This document shows, in pieces, positions 1 through 13,000 of a DNA stretch of 64,000 nucleotides. Position numbers and translations under genes: made by a program. The DNA comes from Iphione sp. A-MEVVRFRX5. Taxonomy: Eukaryota. The notes beneath the pieces are model-generated. The model did no database searches, had not been told where the DNA came from, and saw only the letters and a program-made list of their open reading frames with translations. Where the stretch lies: positions 13,764,001 to 13,828,000 of the forward strand of contig OZ320314.1 in NCBI GenBank assembly GCA_976226885.1, written 5' to 3'. Every line of letters starts with the position of its first letter. Position 1 is the stretch's first letter.

Positions 1-1089
1 CCTTTGGTTTCACCCAAGGTATTTTTACCTAATATTTGAATGATCATAATGGTGGTATAGTTTTATACAAATATCTTTAATTCAACAAATTAGTCCATTG
101 CATATATAGCCAAAAACATATCTGCAGTGTATAGGCATTGGTTCTGGACATCGAAAAATCTAAACAGAAGACTTGCATGCAAACACATAAAAAGTGAGGT
201 AAAGAATATGAGGAACATCATGTCCTTTTGGAAAGAACCCTGGACATTGACTGGTATTCTACTTGAATATGAGGACAACATCACAACAAGTAAGTTGGGA
301 CTTGTGATTACTTAAAACGACTGGGTACAAATTAAAGAAAAAGCACATTTGTTCTCACAATATCACGAAATTACACATTTGATTGGTGGAATCTGTCTTA
401 TTACATCACAAATGGTAACACAAACTACATTTCAGAGTTGGGTAACATTTGGTACATTAGCCAAGCTGCAAATGTGGGACTAGACCGAAGCAAATGATTT
501 AAAGAGAAACCCAAGGATGTAGCACCATAAGGGGATATACTGACTGCCTTAACCTGGTAATAGTGTGGACTGGAGACATGTTTCAAGACCGCACAAGAGT
601 GTGACCAAGTCAGACAGATTATTTACTTCACTCTATTAGGAGTTTTATTTAGTGAGACCAAATGAAGAAAGAGACGAAAGGAACTGGTCCTAAGCATGGT
701 TTCTGTGTAGGTCTTATCTCTACTAATAAAATTTTTTTGTGCCAAGCATATCAATAAGTACTAATCTGCATAGATTTCATAATAATGTAAAGACTACCTG
801 ATAGATCCTGCTAGAAAGACAAACCACTATTGCAGACAGACTTCCCAAACGTGTAGGAGCATTTCTGCAACTACAAACATGATATTGAGTACAGCAAGAT
901 ACAACAGTATCAGTTTCAACAATTGAATATGTTTATTGTAAAGGCTGACATATTTACATTTGTTTCTAACTTTTATTTTTTCTGGCAACCAATGTAGCCA
1001 GATTAAATGCAAATACAGGTATAAATTGGCTTCTTAGAAGTTACATGGAGTGTACAGTGGATATATTATCTGCCTCCTATCTGTTAGGA

Positions 1090-3950
1090 GACAATATTGT
1101 GTCATAAGAAAGAGGAAAGAGAGAAGGAGGAAAGAGAGAAATTGTACAAGGAAGAAAAGCAGGTATAACAATACCTAGGATAAAAGGCTGAGTACAGGGA
1201 AGAAAAAGATATATTTAAGAGGGTAAGAAGAGATAAAGTAAGAAGAGATAATTGAATTGAGCAGTATACAGAGTCAAGAAAGTACAAGATGGTATATAAA
1301 ACAATTTTTAAAGTAATCAAAATTATAAAGTATATCTATAAGGAGATGTATCATTTTTTATACTATCCATCATGGTACTTTCCAGTTTTGCTTAAGTTCT
1401 TCTGTCACAAGATAGTGTTTTCACCTAAACTTAAAGTTTTTCACGGGGATTGTCTTAAAACAGGATCTAATTTGTTCCATAAGTTAATACTATGATAACT
1501 TGGATTTGTTTTGAATTTGGCTGTTTTTGGCTTGGGTATAACTATTTATGGGTTTCTATTATCGGAGTTTTTTACTTTGTACATGGCAACAAGTCGCTCA
1601 TAGTTCAAATGTAAGGTAAAATATTGGTTTCTTTCTCATATAAGCCCATTATAAAGTAAAGTTTTAGTAGTTGTTTAGGGTCTGTTAGATAGTCTCTTAT
1701 GGCCTTGAATAGCTGCTTTTCTAATCTGTAGAATTATGATCGAAAATAGTCATTTAGAAAAGCTATCCCATAATCCGTAGAGGGAACGATAAACACATTT
1801 ATCAGTTGTATTGCCACCTCTTGATTATTTCTTAGTCTAATTTGCCGGGACAAGTTTAGCATACCATAGGTCTTCTTTAACTTCATTTCTAAGTCTCTAG
1901 TCATATCCAAACAATTATCTATAAAACTTAAACAAAACCACTTCTTCAATTTGGCGGTCATTCATGACTAGATTCAATCTAAACCTTCTAAAGTACTTTC
2001 TAGCCGTAGTGAAGACTAGACATACGGTTTTAAAAGGATTGACCAATATCCAATTAGCTTGAACACCATTCCCTTAATTTGTTAATGTCATCTTGTAGTT
2101 TTTGTTTTATGATTGCAGGGTCCTTATTTTTAATAAAAAGAACTGTATCATCTGAATACATTATGCACTCAGATCCGGTATAATGTTTGATGCTGTCATT
2201 TATAAATAAGTTAAACATCATTTGGCCAAGGGTACTTCCTTGGGGTACCCCAGTCCCCAGAGGAAATTTATCCAAAAAATGACCATTGGCTTTTGTCTGG
2301 ATGGTTCTTGTAGAGAGATACAAGTTTAACCAGGAACCTATTTTTAAAGCCTATTTTAGATTTATGCCTTACTGAAATCTATGAACACTGCCCCCACAAG
2401 TACCCCATCATGAAAGGTTTTATGTATATAAACCAAAAGATCATTTACAGCTGTGTGTAGACTTTCCTTTCTGAAACCAGCAATCCTGGTAAATATATTC
2501 CAATATTCCTTTGCATTAACTGTATTTTTCATAGAAACATTTAACCCCAGGCTATGTTAACATGGCAGAGAGTATCCACAATTTACATGATTTGTATCTG
2601 CCTGTTTCTGAAGATTGATAGAATAGGCAGACTAGTTAATGTAGCAGGAAATGAGAGTATGAATGTAATTTCTGGACAGCTACTCATATATGTGTAAAGA
2701 GCTTTTAGGGAGTTATCCAGTTGATCCCCACAGCTGCATTTCCTGCAGAAATAACTAGTGGACAGTTTAGCATGAAAGTCTGAGTATTACTACAAAAAAC
2801 ATATACAAATCTCTCTTTTTTCCCTTGTTCTCTCTGTGTTATTAAAAAGAAAGGGACTACTCAACCTACATGCCCAATTCTGATCAATTCACCTGGTTTT
2901 TCCTTATTTCAATTTTATCCTATCTGTTATTTTAACCATGATAAAGAGCAAAGGATGTATGTAATAAAAACAGGTTGTGTGATTGCCAAAACCTTTATTT
3001 CTGATCCACCACCAAGATATAAGTCTGTGAAATCAAGCAATAAGCTTACCACCTAGGTATAGGTGTTTTGATGCTGAAACTTTATGAATAAAAACAGTTA
3101 GTAGCATTTTGTAATCTTTAAGCTTAATTAACTCTACTTGAATATTTTCTTGCCAAGTCCTCAGTTGGATTACTTATAAGTTTCAAATAAAATTGTATGC
3201 ATAGTTTTGGTGAAACTGTGTGTTCTGACAAGGTGTACATGTAATACCTGATCCAGAAAAAATCATTGTTTCATGCATTTTTTCAATTAGAATACATTAT
3301 CAGTGATATAGGGAAGAGAATAGGTACAGGAAATACCATTAATTGAAGCACAGTGCACCCAAACTCAGTAAAATTTAGTTAAGGCAATTTCATCTGCAGC
3401 TGGTAAAGAAGTCTGTCTACTGTATACATCGTAAGAATGTGTTCAGTATGTGATGTAATGTTAAATTATTCATATACATGTAAGCATCTGTTTGGGAATA
3501 CCCTTGAGGGTATGCAATGTAAAGATCTATCTTTGCCATAGGTTTTGCCCAGCTAAATTAAGATTGCTACCACAGTAAAACATGATAAATGAGGACATTT
3601 TGTATATGGGAGAAACATATCTCAATTCGAATTGTGTGTAAGTATGTTGATGATACACTACTGTGTTCTTGAGTGATACTTTATGGAAATATTGCATGAT
3701 ATCAGCATGGATAGGAGACTATGCATTACATAAATACAGCTAAACATATTCCAAATGAGATGTAATTTGCCCATTCCCCTTCAAGCATTCCATCAATTTC
3801 TAGAAAGATGGCTATTAGACCCTTTTCAACCTATCCAAACAGAATTAACTGAGTGATTTTTTAAACATGACTAGGGAAGAAAGAAAAACTCAAAAAGGTG
3901 ACAAGTATGTAAGTCAAGCTGAAGACATCCTGACCCAGTGGTAGGTTTCA
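1090..3950 (-). mobile_element. Degenerate non-LTR retrotransposon (CR1/L2-group LINE): RT, C-terminus and endonuclease-like remnants
   Basis: GFRK..., VGAVFIDFSKA, GVPQGSTLG, YSDDT, REWCS (track ORF 2054-2323); C-terminal IPKPKTAKFK...LWNKL at ~1400-1560. Many stops and frameshifts; boundaries approximate. Confidence 0.8.
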
Positions 3951-6599
3951 TTGTCTCTTTAAAGTAGTTCATTTAACAGTGCAGAGATTATTTGTCAGCC
4001 AATAAGATACATATACAGTGCAGTAAATGACAAAGGAGCACACTTTTGTATGTCCTTGCAGCAATACTCAACAATATTATTATGTTTTGTTTCGAATACA
4101 GTCTTCTCTATCAGTATTCTGATGTATTAGCATTATCCTTGTATGGGATTACAATTTTCTTTACTATTACTGCAACACAGTCATGCATAGATTTATGATT
4201 TCTTTTGCTTGATATATTTTACACTTAGTTTCTGATTTTGATTCTGATTTTCTGCTCTGCCCTCACATTTCTGTATTTGCTTCCCTCTCTGTTGATTTCA
4301 ATCTAAAATTTGGAATAGATTGGTTTGGTGTCATCCAAGTAATTATGGCCAAAGATTAAGTACCTTGTAGAGTAGAAACTACCTTCCAAGCAGTCATGCA
4401 CTAATAAGGCCCACTAAAACAAGGTCTGTGTTTCTAGTAACCTAACTGACTCCAATTTTGACAAAAAAGGCAATTTTTGTTAGTCTTATTTCTTTAGTGA
4501 TTTCTTCAGAATAGATAAATCTCAAAACATATACAATACACCAGTGTTTCCCTTAGTTCCTCAGTTACCATATAAGAAAAGTTAAGATTGTTAAGATATG
4601 ACTATGAGTGATGGAAGGATTGTAAAGAATTGCCTAGCCTTTTCACTGGAACATTTGCATATAAAAACAGACTAACCTACCAGCAGTATTCTCTTATAGC
4701 TTGTTATACAATTCTTATTTTTGAACTATCCTCAGCATATGAATCACCAGGGGATTTGGATTCACAAATTAAAGGTTAGTCTCAAGTATCAATATGTTTT
4801 ACATTGGCTCCTTTCTTCAATGGTTCCAGGCAACTTGATCACAACCATTGACATAGAATATAGGAAATTATAGTCGAAGAGGCCATTAGTATAAGGTATA
4901 TGACAATACCATTGTATGTATATGTACACTTGAGTCCAAACTGAAGACTGAATGATTTTAGTCTCTCCACAGGTTGAGCTCATGAGACATCATCCACATA
5001 GATGAGAAAATGCAATTAGCTTTTAAAACCATACTGTAGGAGAAAACAGAATCTTTCACTTCTTAGCCTGTCCACCGCTGTCTTTTGATAATCTGATTGA
5101 AATGTGCTGAAATATTACTCCATATAGTTAGGTAATTACAGTTTTGTAATATATTTTAACTTCCAAATAAAAGTAGTCTGACAATTTTCATCACTTAATC
5201 TGCACCAATTAGCCTTTTTGCACCTACATGGAATATACCAAAATGTCAAATTTTAAAGTGTAAATAAAATTAGTTAAGATAAGCTACACAGTTTATCAAA
5301 ATGCTCTAAAATGCTCTAGTAAAAAGAACTCTCACTGGTTCTTCCATGGCTACATTTGAAGGTCTCTAAAATTTCAGGTCTTAATTGTCACTCAATAATG
5401 TGTAAGACACAATAGTTTCTATAGTGCTGTCTAACATGTCATCTTCATTTTTGACATCAGGATTCTGGAAATGAAATGGAAACATCCTCTATGAAATATT
5501 AGTGGTCAATATGTTGTCTTATTTATGTTTTATTAAATATATATGAAATCAGAGATATCTTTTGTCACACAATACCAGGATTTATATAAAACTTTTTCAA
5601 CTGAAGGCAAGATATAAGGAATGTTAACAGGAGTGAGGAGGATAGGCATGTCCAATGATGTCCAAATCTGTATATTATAGTACATTTCTGATTATCTATT
5701 TGACACATGAAACAATTTAATATTTTGTTCAAAAGAGTGATTCTAATAGATTAACTGTATTATTCATGCTATGACAAGCCTAGACATTTGGGTTTCAGTA
5801 AAAAATGTGCATTCAGGTGTTGTTGGGTTGCATTTTAGGATAAGCATACCATAAGACCACATTTCCATGTATATCTGTGTCTCTGTGTAATTTGTTTGTG
5901 TATGTTTTTACAGTGGGAATTAAGGACAATGATGTATACCAGGAGTGTCTAATGAATCTGTTTAGCACCTAGCATATTGTGTGGGTCTGTGCAGTATGTT
6001 TGGGGAATAGGAATTGTCCTATTTGACTGTCTGTGTATATATATTTGAAATAGGAACTATGCATATCCACTGGGAAACTAGAGGGCTCTATGGCTTATCC
6101 ATTATAGTGTACCAGACTAAGTCCTTCCTGAGTGACTTTGTGTCATGTCAGAGTGGGATTCTGATACCAGTGCCAACATTCACATTATGATGAATTAGAC
6201 ATGTGAAATCTAAGTAGGTATTGCACAAAGCAATTAGGACACTGACTATATATAAAGTAGGAATCCTGTAAATAAACAGGCATTCTCTCACTGCATTTGA
6301 AGAGAATTGCAACCACCAGAGTTTTACAAGTGAAATAAACAAATTCTTTCTGAATGATTTGGTTTATTCGACTGGTGATCTCTGCACTGAAAAGCCATTA
6401 GTCAACAGACCATGTTCATGTTATAATATCTATGATAGATAGGGTATGCTATTCTATGGCATTCTATGGCATATCCATTACAAAATGTTTCCAAATCTGA
6501 CAATATCCAATGAAATCTTAAGAAACCAAAAATGTAGGGTAAGGGAGGACCACTATATACCCAAAATACAGAGGATATGAGGCCAAGCCTATGCAAACA

Positions 6600-6960
6600 A
6601 GCATACCGCATTACTTGATTTGTCACATGATAGCATGCAGCATTGGTCAAAGTGTAATGTGATACCATAGAAGACAACTTGGCATATGGTTGGCATACAG
6701 TAATTGTCAATCTGTTATGTATTAACATACAACAATTAGTGAACTTAGTGATAGTATAAAACACTAGTTAACCTATTGTGTGATAGCATGTAGCATTGGA
6801 TGTTCTGTAGCATAATAGTTTAAGAGCATTGGTTAACCTGTCATCTGATAGCATATAGGATAGGTTGATCTGTTACATGATTGCTTTAAACATTGGTTGA
6901 TTGGTCATGTGAGAGCATACAGCATTTCTTTACCTGTTATATAACAGCATGCAGCACTTG
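6600..6960. repeat. Degenerate ~30-bp minisatellite just after the gene A stop (3'UTR); paralogous copy ~35270-35560
   Basis: Recurrent cattggttaacctgtcatgtgatagcatatag-like units, about 11-12 copies. Confidence 0.65.
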
Positions 6961-6973
6961 TCACTTGTCCCTG

Positions 6974-7024
6974 TCAATTGTTAAAACTCAGTCTGTCACA
7001 ATCCGACTGTTTTCTGAATTGGAG
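6974..7024 (-). CDS. Gene A exon 15 (LQFRKQSDCDRLSFNN*)
   Basis: ctgcag acceptor; TGA conserved in B. Confidence 0.75.
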   Translation of the reverse strand, partial: LQFRKQSDCDRLSFNN

Positions 7025-10000
7025 CTGCAGTAGCAAAAGTAATCAAAATATAGAACATTTTACCATTGAGCCCATTATATATTCTTCAAATGAAAATGGT
7101 CCTCTAAAACGGAATTGGACTTACCTTTACTTCTGTTACTTTTTCTTCTATTATTGTATAATCCCTGTAGTAATTACGCACCCATGGATGATATAACATG
7201 GATGATACTTGCATCCCCCGGGTGCACCCTACATATGCCATACCATAATAACAGAGCATTACGAAACTTCTGAAGACTGTACACTTATCGCAATACCTAT
7301 TCAATGTTTAACTATTTAGAAAGAAGAAAATTATATATACCTGAGAGATAAGGTGGTGAATACACTATATTAATGACTATTTATGATTTTTTTAAGAAAA
7401 AAGTGAATGCTCTAATTAAAGAACATTTAAGGATTTGATTAAGGAACATTTTATCAAAGAAATCTTTCTAAAAACCCTCACCTGTTAAGGCACTGACAAT
7501 CATACAGACAGCAAATGTGATGAGCATGGCGAATAATGCAAGCCACAGGTAGGATACAGAGTAAAACTTAATGAGGGGATTATCATACGGGCTGCAACAA
7601 ACAAAGACAGCAATCTTAAAATAGAATGACCAGATGTGACATTACAAATGAATGTGGCATCATATTCTGTATCTGTGATTAATATTGTGTTGAGCTGTAA
7701 CAGTAAATGAAGTACGCTAAACAGTTCTTGCTAGATGTATATATACCTGTTCCTTTTTACATATCTATTTGTTTGTCAAATGAAATGATCCTAAAATGGT
7801 GAAAATCCACACACTTTTATTGCATACAAATCAGATAGTTATCCTAATTATTATGGCTATTCATTTGAAATTGTAATATATGTACTAACATTTATTACAA
7901 TAAATCATGTTTCAGATTAATTTTTACTCTATGACTAATCTTTGGCAATGATCACCCATTGTTCCATCATCAGCAACCCAATCATCAGCAATTGATAACA
8001 TCTTTATTACTCGGTAACACTCAGACAAAAAAAAGACAGACTTGCCTTTGTCTAACCCTATGCTAACAGGCAAATGTTAGATTTTTTCCTTGACCCTTGG
8101 CAACCAATGGTACACTGTTTTGTAATTTGGGAGAAAAATGCTCATCTGAACAATGTAACAGGCACTGTTACCATACTTAGACCTAATTGATGAAACATAG
8201 TTTGTTTTTAGGGTTGACTACTTTACATGATAACATGCCATGTGGCTTTATACATACTAGTCTGGGGATATATTTGTTTAGTAAGCAGGTGTAATACCCC
8301 TGCTTCACTCATACATTTTTTTAACCTTATCCGGAAGAGTTACAAAGAACAGTAAGACATTTATGTCCTGTAATATCTTTTATTTCTTTCAATCTAAAAC
8401 CTTATACAGCCTATTAGTAACTGCTTTTGTTTCTTTTCCATCAGTTCTTCCCAGTGATGTCAGCAGATGTTTGGATCTTGACTCACTCTATTAGTTTTGT
8501 AAGCTAAGCTTCAGGAAATATGAGGATGCATTAGGAATCAGTATCCAATAATACCTTGCATTTCTGTCAAAAACATTGTCTATCTAATATGGCATCTCTT
8601 ACCAATATGTAAACTGCAAAGGGAGGAGGAGATTCTCTCTTACATTTGGTTTTAGTTGAAGAAAGCTCACAGCTTTTCAGGATTGACTGCAATAGTTGTT
8701 TGCAGGCTAAATGTATGACTTTTGTTTTTCAGGCTATAACAAATATTTTTCTGATTTAGTTATTTTTGTAGAAGCAGTGACCCTTAATGGTACTTTATTT
8801 TACTATGTGCCTCTTTGCCCTTGAGCTTGCATTTGATATCGCATAAATAGGCATACAGTCCACAGAACTTATCTCTCCAGTTTAAAAACCCAACAAACAC
8901 ATAATGTTTTCACAACTTTTTTAAAGGTCTCAAAAAAGCTGCAAATAATGTTATGAAATAATGTTTTTATAATGTTTCACACAACTTTTTAAAAGGTCTC
9001 TAAAAGAGCTTCATAAATTGTTATGAAAATTAATAACATTTTTACGTTTTCATAACATTCTTAAAAGGTTTCAAAAAAGCTGCAAATAAAGTTATGGTAT
9101 AATGTTTTTATGTTTTCACAACATTTTTAAAGGTTTGAAATAGAACTTCATGAAATGTAATGAAATAACATTTTTACAATGTTTTTACATTTATAAAATG
9201 TCTAAAAAGGCTGCAGATAATGTTTTGAAATTACATTTTTAAATTGTTTTAATAAGATTTTTAAAGATCTTGAAAGGAGGTCAAGGGAGATGGCAACATA
9301 TTAACCTGGTAAGAACAGGCAGACTCAGTGGCCAAATGGATAAGAGTGCTGACACCACCAGCAATGCAGAGGACATGGGTTCAAATCCCCAACAAGGCAA
9401 TATTTCACATCATGGAAAACCAAGACACTCCTTTATAAAAAGTTAAATTACATAAGAAAGGAGTATTCTAGGGAAGATAGAAGCATAAAGAGCAAAAAAG
9501 TATGATTTACATTTTGAATTTTGAAATTAAGATTATAATAAAATGTTTTGAAAAAGTTTTCCAAAAATGTTTTGAAAACATTTTTTGAAAACATTTTCAG
9601 AAAATGTTTCTTAAACATTTTCAAGACCATTCACTTCTATGTTTTTAACCCTTTGACGGCAGCATTGTAGTGTTGCGCATATCCTCCATGCAGCGGTACT
9701 TAGTAAAGGCGTAATCCGATAGAGGGCGAGACATGTACAGCGTCATCGCATAACGTACGTCATTGTGGTGAATCGGGATGGAGTTTTCATGTTTTAGGGA
9801 TATTATGGAATAGACATTATAAACTAATTGGATGCATTATTCTAAGGGATATTTCGAAATAATTAACTAAGAAATACATTCTGAATCATAAAGGATAAAT
9901 TTAATGCTTAAATGCACTACTCGCCGTCTCCACGGGAATGCCCTGATGCACTATTCACCCGGACCACGGGAATGTGTCAGTGCATTACTCGCCGTCAGAG

Positions 10001-13000
10001 GGTTAAAACTTTTTATAAAAACATTTTCAATTTTCCATTTAGGATAATGTTTTTTAAAAATGTTATTCTGGAGGCTCTATTCTGGAGAAGTTATACTCTC
10101 TCTTACAATAATGCATGCACCTTCTTACTACTTATATAAAGTATTAATTGGACCATTCCCAAATAATATAAATGGATAAATCTGTGTCTGGCCATCTTCA
10201 ATATAAATCTTTTGATAATGCTAACCATCTTTACAGAGTATATAAGCATCAATGTCAACTTTTTTAATAGAAAAAAAATAATGAGAAAGTCCATACTTAC
10301 TCAACTGAAGCCATAGCCATTGTGACATTTATTGACACAGTGGATAGAGCTGTCATGTTTGACATCCTAAAATCACATGTTGCTATGGTGGAATTGAGGA
10401 ATGTTCCCTGTAAATTGTTTGCATATGCTCCGAATCCCATCCAGGCTGCAAACACAAACCCTGAGATGCCTCCTACAGAAACACCCTATTAGAAAATTAC
10501 AGGGAAAAAACTCTTTTTGTCATGATTATGATGATGACATAATTATAAGTAAAAAACTGTTTTGAATGCAAATTGATCAAAAATGTAGATGAATAAAGAA
10601 ATTCTTACAATCCAGTTTATGAAGGGAATAAAAACTCCCAGAAGAAACATGGCTATGATTGGCCCTGAACATGCTCCAATGAATGTAGCCACTAGCTGTA
10701 TCAATGTTCCACCTAGTTGATCAACTCCAAGACCAAGGGCAGTAGAAGTTACACCTATTATCACAACTGAAAAGAGGAGGTATTCTAAAGAAATGACTTG
10801 GTTGAAAGTTGGTTTTCTTCTTCTCAATGGCCATACTTCCTATTACTTGGGCCAAGAAAAAATATATCTTAGTTTCTAATAATTTGACAAACCAAGTAGT
10901 TATGGAATATTTTACTTTGTCTTGTTTTGTAGATATCTTCAGAAAAAATGGGACTTTAGGGCCTTAGCTACCTACCAAATGTATCTTTTTAGCACTTAAC
11001 CAGAAACATGTACATGTCTATTTTTTCCTTTCACATATATGTTTATGCAGTGGAAACTTTGGTAAAAAACTAACATGGAATAATTGAATACACACTTGGA
11101 AATATGTCAGGACAGAGAACTGGTAACATGTGTCATATTGCTTCAAGACACTCTACATAACATGTAATAAAACCAGGTCTCGTGCATCATCTATGAGCAT
11201 GTGTGTTGCATTCATGAGAGAGAGGTGAGAGTCAACCGGAACTCAATGAAAGCCCCATAAAACATGATTTTGATGTTTTTAGCCATGCCCAGGTAAAGGA
11301 TGTGAATTCTTTTGTAGCAGTTAAGCCTCAACCCAAAACATTGTGTAGGAACTTAAACTTGTATTGTTTAGTCTCAGGCTGGAATTATTCCCACTTGAGA
11401 AGCAAATAGGTAGGACTCTTCTGGCTCAAGCCAGAAGGAGACAATTTAAGAGTTTTAAATTGTTTATACTTACGTGACCATGGCTAAGTTTAGAGTAAGA
11501 CTTTGTATATCACAGCACATTTTTTGTGAATAAACACAGTCTCTTACTGCACTTGAAGAGAATAACATCCAACACTTCTTTCCTGTGCAGACAGCTTTTA
11601 TATCAAAGCCAGCACTCATTCTACACCAAGCACAGGCTACACGTTTTTATTGGAAGACAGTTGTGAAGAAATATGGAAAATGAATTTGTAATTTAAGCTC
11701 TATTTTAATCAGAAGATTCCATCATGAACTTACCCAGTACTTTGGTTATGATGAGACCAGATGTCTCTGATACATTTGGCCATATTGCTTTCACAATGTC
11801 CTCATAGGCATTTGTAGCACCAGAGATCAGATTGGTGGATGCTGAGCTGTAATGATATTGCTATCGTTAATATTTTACCTAGGGACCAATAAAACCACCT
11901 TGCAAGTACATAGATATCATGTACTTTTCTGAGTATTTTACCTAATTATTTTAAGAGGCTTTACCTGAACATGTTCATATAAAGTACTACACAATTTGAT
12001 ATGATAACATGATATAATGGAAAACAGCAGACATAGGCTATACTTCTAGTCACATGTGGACACTTAATATGTCGATTCCAACATGAATCTACTTGAAACA
12101 AGCATGAAAATAGCTTGGGGGAGAGGGTATGTACATGTACATATTTCTATGTACACGTATATGTATACAAGTAGGAATATTTTATCATACACATTGACAT
12201 GCAGATTGAATAGTAGATAGATGAATAGAATGTGGCAAAAAGTCCATTTAGAGAGTTGTCTACTATTCCAGTGACTGTGCATATTTTGATTAAGCAAACT
12301 GAAAGTCTTTCAGATTTTACTCTATATCTTCATGCACATATACAGAACACAACAATTGAGATACTATGGAGAATGAAAAGCAAGAGGGTTTCCCATGCTG
12401 ACAATAGACCACATACCAGCCTGTTCACGAAAAATGAAGCCGTACTATAGCATCATTTCAAATCAGTAAACTTTAATATACTGAAGGGATTTTATCAAAC
12501 CTGAGTGAAGCAGCTAACATGCAGGCTATCAATATACCAGGTATTCCAGGAATATTCAAATCATGTATGATAAAATATGGAATGAGCTACAAAAGAGAAA
12601 CATTAAAGATGTTGGCAATACTCATGATGATAAAGAGTGCAGACTATATAAAAGATGCATAACTACATAATATAGTCATAACTGGGAATAACTGAATAAT
12701 CTCCATTGCAGGACTCTTTTGTCATAAATAGGACCTATCTATAGAGGGCTCATGGAAAAATGCATTCCTAGATTTTAATTTTTCTGCAGTCCTTAAAGTT
12801 ATATAATTATTTACATAACATACTTGGTTTGGATTGCCCACTTTCTTGCCTCTAATGGGATCACATCCTTTATATGTGTAGAAAGCAAACATGGACAGAC
12901 CAGATAATGCAGCAATGGTATGCCAGGCACAACTCACAACCAAAACAATCACCAGACATCTGCAATTTAATTGATGGCTTTTAGTTTGTTCATCGATTCA

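Larger units (their letters stand above)
8888..10070. repeat. AT-rich composite (foldback-like) element in gene A intron 12: ~60-bp subrepeats 8888-9270 and aatgtttt/aaaacatt arrays 9530-10070
   Basis: Repeated ataatgttttcacaac...aaaggtctcaaaaaagctgcaaataatgttatg units; absent at the corresponding position in B. Confidence 0.55.

Noticed and set aside
364-378. HEITH as an M13/neprilysin zinc-binding motif (also near 62056)
   Set aside because: Lacks the VIG prefix and GFD suffix, has flanking stops and no other peptidase motifs.
9322-9410. Functional tRNA gene
   Set aside because: A and B boxes are present but I could not form acceptor and anticodon stems; treated as a SINE head.
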